From the NCBI GenBank assembly GCA_951812955.1, contig OX638340.1, forward strand, positions 3,616,001 to 3,680,000: DNA of 64,000 nucleotides, in the 5' to 3' direction. Position 1 is the stretch's first letter; each line of letters opens with the position of its first letter. Of this stretch, positions 63,003 through 64,000 are shown one piece after another. A program made the translations under genes and the position numbers. The stretch is from an uncultured Gemmatimonadota bacterium (GTDB lineage Bacteria; JAAXHH01). The notes under the pieces were generated by a model, which did no database searches, was not told where the DNA came from, and saw only the letters and a list, made by a program, of their open reading frames with translations.

Positions 63003-63044
63003 CCCCTTTCATCTGCCTACCGCGATCTGTATGAGGAGCAGCCC

Positions 63045-63839
63045 ATGTTGACCGAGGCCCAGATCGCCCATTTCCAGACCTTCGGATTCCTGGTCATACG
63101 ACAGGCCTTCACGCGTTCGGAGGTGGAGGCACTGATCCGGGAGGCCGATGCGGCTTACGCGGCGAAATCGGACCGCGAAAAAGACGGCTCGTCTTCGATG
63201 TGGACATCTGAGTTAGTAGAGGAACGCCCGGCCTTGATGAAGCTGATGGAGGACGACCGGATCTACCTGTCCATAGGCGGACTCCTGGGCCGGGATTTCA
63301 TCTGGAACGGGTCCGAAATCATGTGGGGGATCGACCCGACGCTGGCCGATCACACCTGGCATTTCGATGGCCATAAGACCTCGCGGAATCTCGACTATCC
63401 GCGGACCAAGGTCATGCTGTACCTCGATCCCCAGCGGAGGGACACCGGCGCGCTGCGCGTCATCCCCGGTTCCCATCGGGATCCTCTTCACAAAGCGCTG
63501 TTCCCCCTTCAGGACGCCCACCTGGGCGGAGACCCCAACCCTTACGGCGTCGAGGGACCGCAGATTCCCGCCTGCGCCATCGAAACGGATCCGGGCGACA
63601 TCGTCTTCTTCAACCAGTGGCTGTATCACGCGGTGTACGGCAAGGAGGGAAAACGGAGGGTCATCGTCCTCAAGTTCGGACCCCGGCCACGGACGCACGC
63701 CCATCTGGCCATGCTGCGGGACGGCGCACCTGCCGGGTTTGCGCCACATCCGGCTTTAAGCAACAGCAAGCGTCTCCGTATCAGGCGACTGGCCGAGGCG
63801 TGCTCCGAACTCGAAGCGCAGGTTGAAAAACTGGATTGA
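63045..63839 (+). CDS. PhyH-family dioxygenase (paralog 13)
   Basis: It has LTEAQIAHFQTFGFLVIRQAF, TWHFDGH (HxD), DTGALRVIPGSH and a distal WLYHAVYG. Confidence 0.8.
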   Translation: MLTEAQIAHFQTFGFLVIRQAFTRSEVEALIREADAAYAAKSDREKDGSSSMWTSELVEERPALMKLMEDDRIYLSIGGLLGRDFIWNGSEIMWGIDPTLADHTWHFDGHKTSRNLDYPRTKVMLYLDPQRRDTGALRVIPGSHRDPLHKALFPLQDAHLGGDPNPYGVEGPQIPACAIETDPGDIVFFNQWLYHAVYGKEGKRRVIVLKFGPRPRTHAHLAMLRDGAPAGFAPHPALSNSKRLRIRRLAEACSELEAQVEKLD

Positions 63840-63858
63840 AGCGCGGACCGGCCGGCGG

Positions 63859-64000
63859 TCACACCGGCTGCCGGATCCTGGCCACTACGCCCCGCCACCA
63901 GTTCCGGAGGTCTTCGAAGGCGCTGTAGACCAGGGGCAGCGCGACCATGGCGCCAATAGTGGAGAAGATCAGGCCGCCCATAACGGATCGCCCCATGGGA
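63859..64000 (-). CDS. 3' end of an RND-type efflux transporter gene (partial, continues beyond the window)
   Basis: The minus-strand frame reads ...MGRSVMGGLIFSTIGAMVALPLVYSAFEDLRNWW...* with its stop at 63859-63861. It resembles the last TM helix of AcrB/CzcA-type proteins. Only 47 codons are visible. Confidence 0.35.
   Translation of the reverse strand, partial: PMGRSVMGGLIFSTIGAMVALPLVYSAFEDLRNWWRGVVARIRQPV

Overview
High-G+C, gene-dense bacterial (probably MAG) fragment with about 62 supportable protein genes on both strands. I found no rRNA, tRNA, CRISPR array, transposase or integrase. All G+C statements are by-eye estimates; family names come from motif recognition, not database searches. 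Main theme: 13 paralogous PhyH-type Fe(II)/2-oxoglutarate dioxygenase genes. They sit among cupins, an enolase-superfamily dehydratase, a UxuA-like enzyme, amidohydrolases, aminotransferases, two acetamidase/formamidase-like genes and an HpcH aldolase. Also present are GGT, TenA, two BNR/sialidase-like proteins, a GH89-like protein and a beta-propeller GH-like protein. Two signal-peptide-less sulfatases each lie next to a paralogous ~660-aa polytopic membrane protein of unknown family. Three visibly lower-G+C insertions carry accessory cargo. (1) 1.65-5.86 kb holds a TIR-like effector split at an A AAA AAG heptamer, mntA with a truncated hepT, phd with a nonsense-interrupted vapC, and an apparently intact type II R-M pair. 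(2) 20.3-21.4 kb holds a STAS-like (DUF4325-type) plus PIN gene pair. (3) 49.97-50.41 kb holds hicAB. Best candidates for undescribed biology: (a) the mirror-duplicated PhyH / large membrane protein / cytoplasmic sulfatase module at 21.4-30.7 kb; (b) an ECF sigma factor coupled to a zinc anti-sigma domain fused to Ogt and an Ada-type zinc finger (48.3-49.8 kb); (c) one PhyH paralog with H-x-G instead of H-x-D (halogenase-like triad); (d) a 592-aa SAM-methyltransferase/HNH fusion; (e) the STAS-like/PIN pair. Many perfect short tandem duplications (9-36 nt) occur in coding regions, in a 5' leader and at gene 3' ends.
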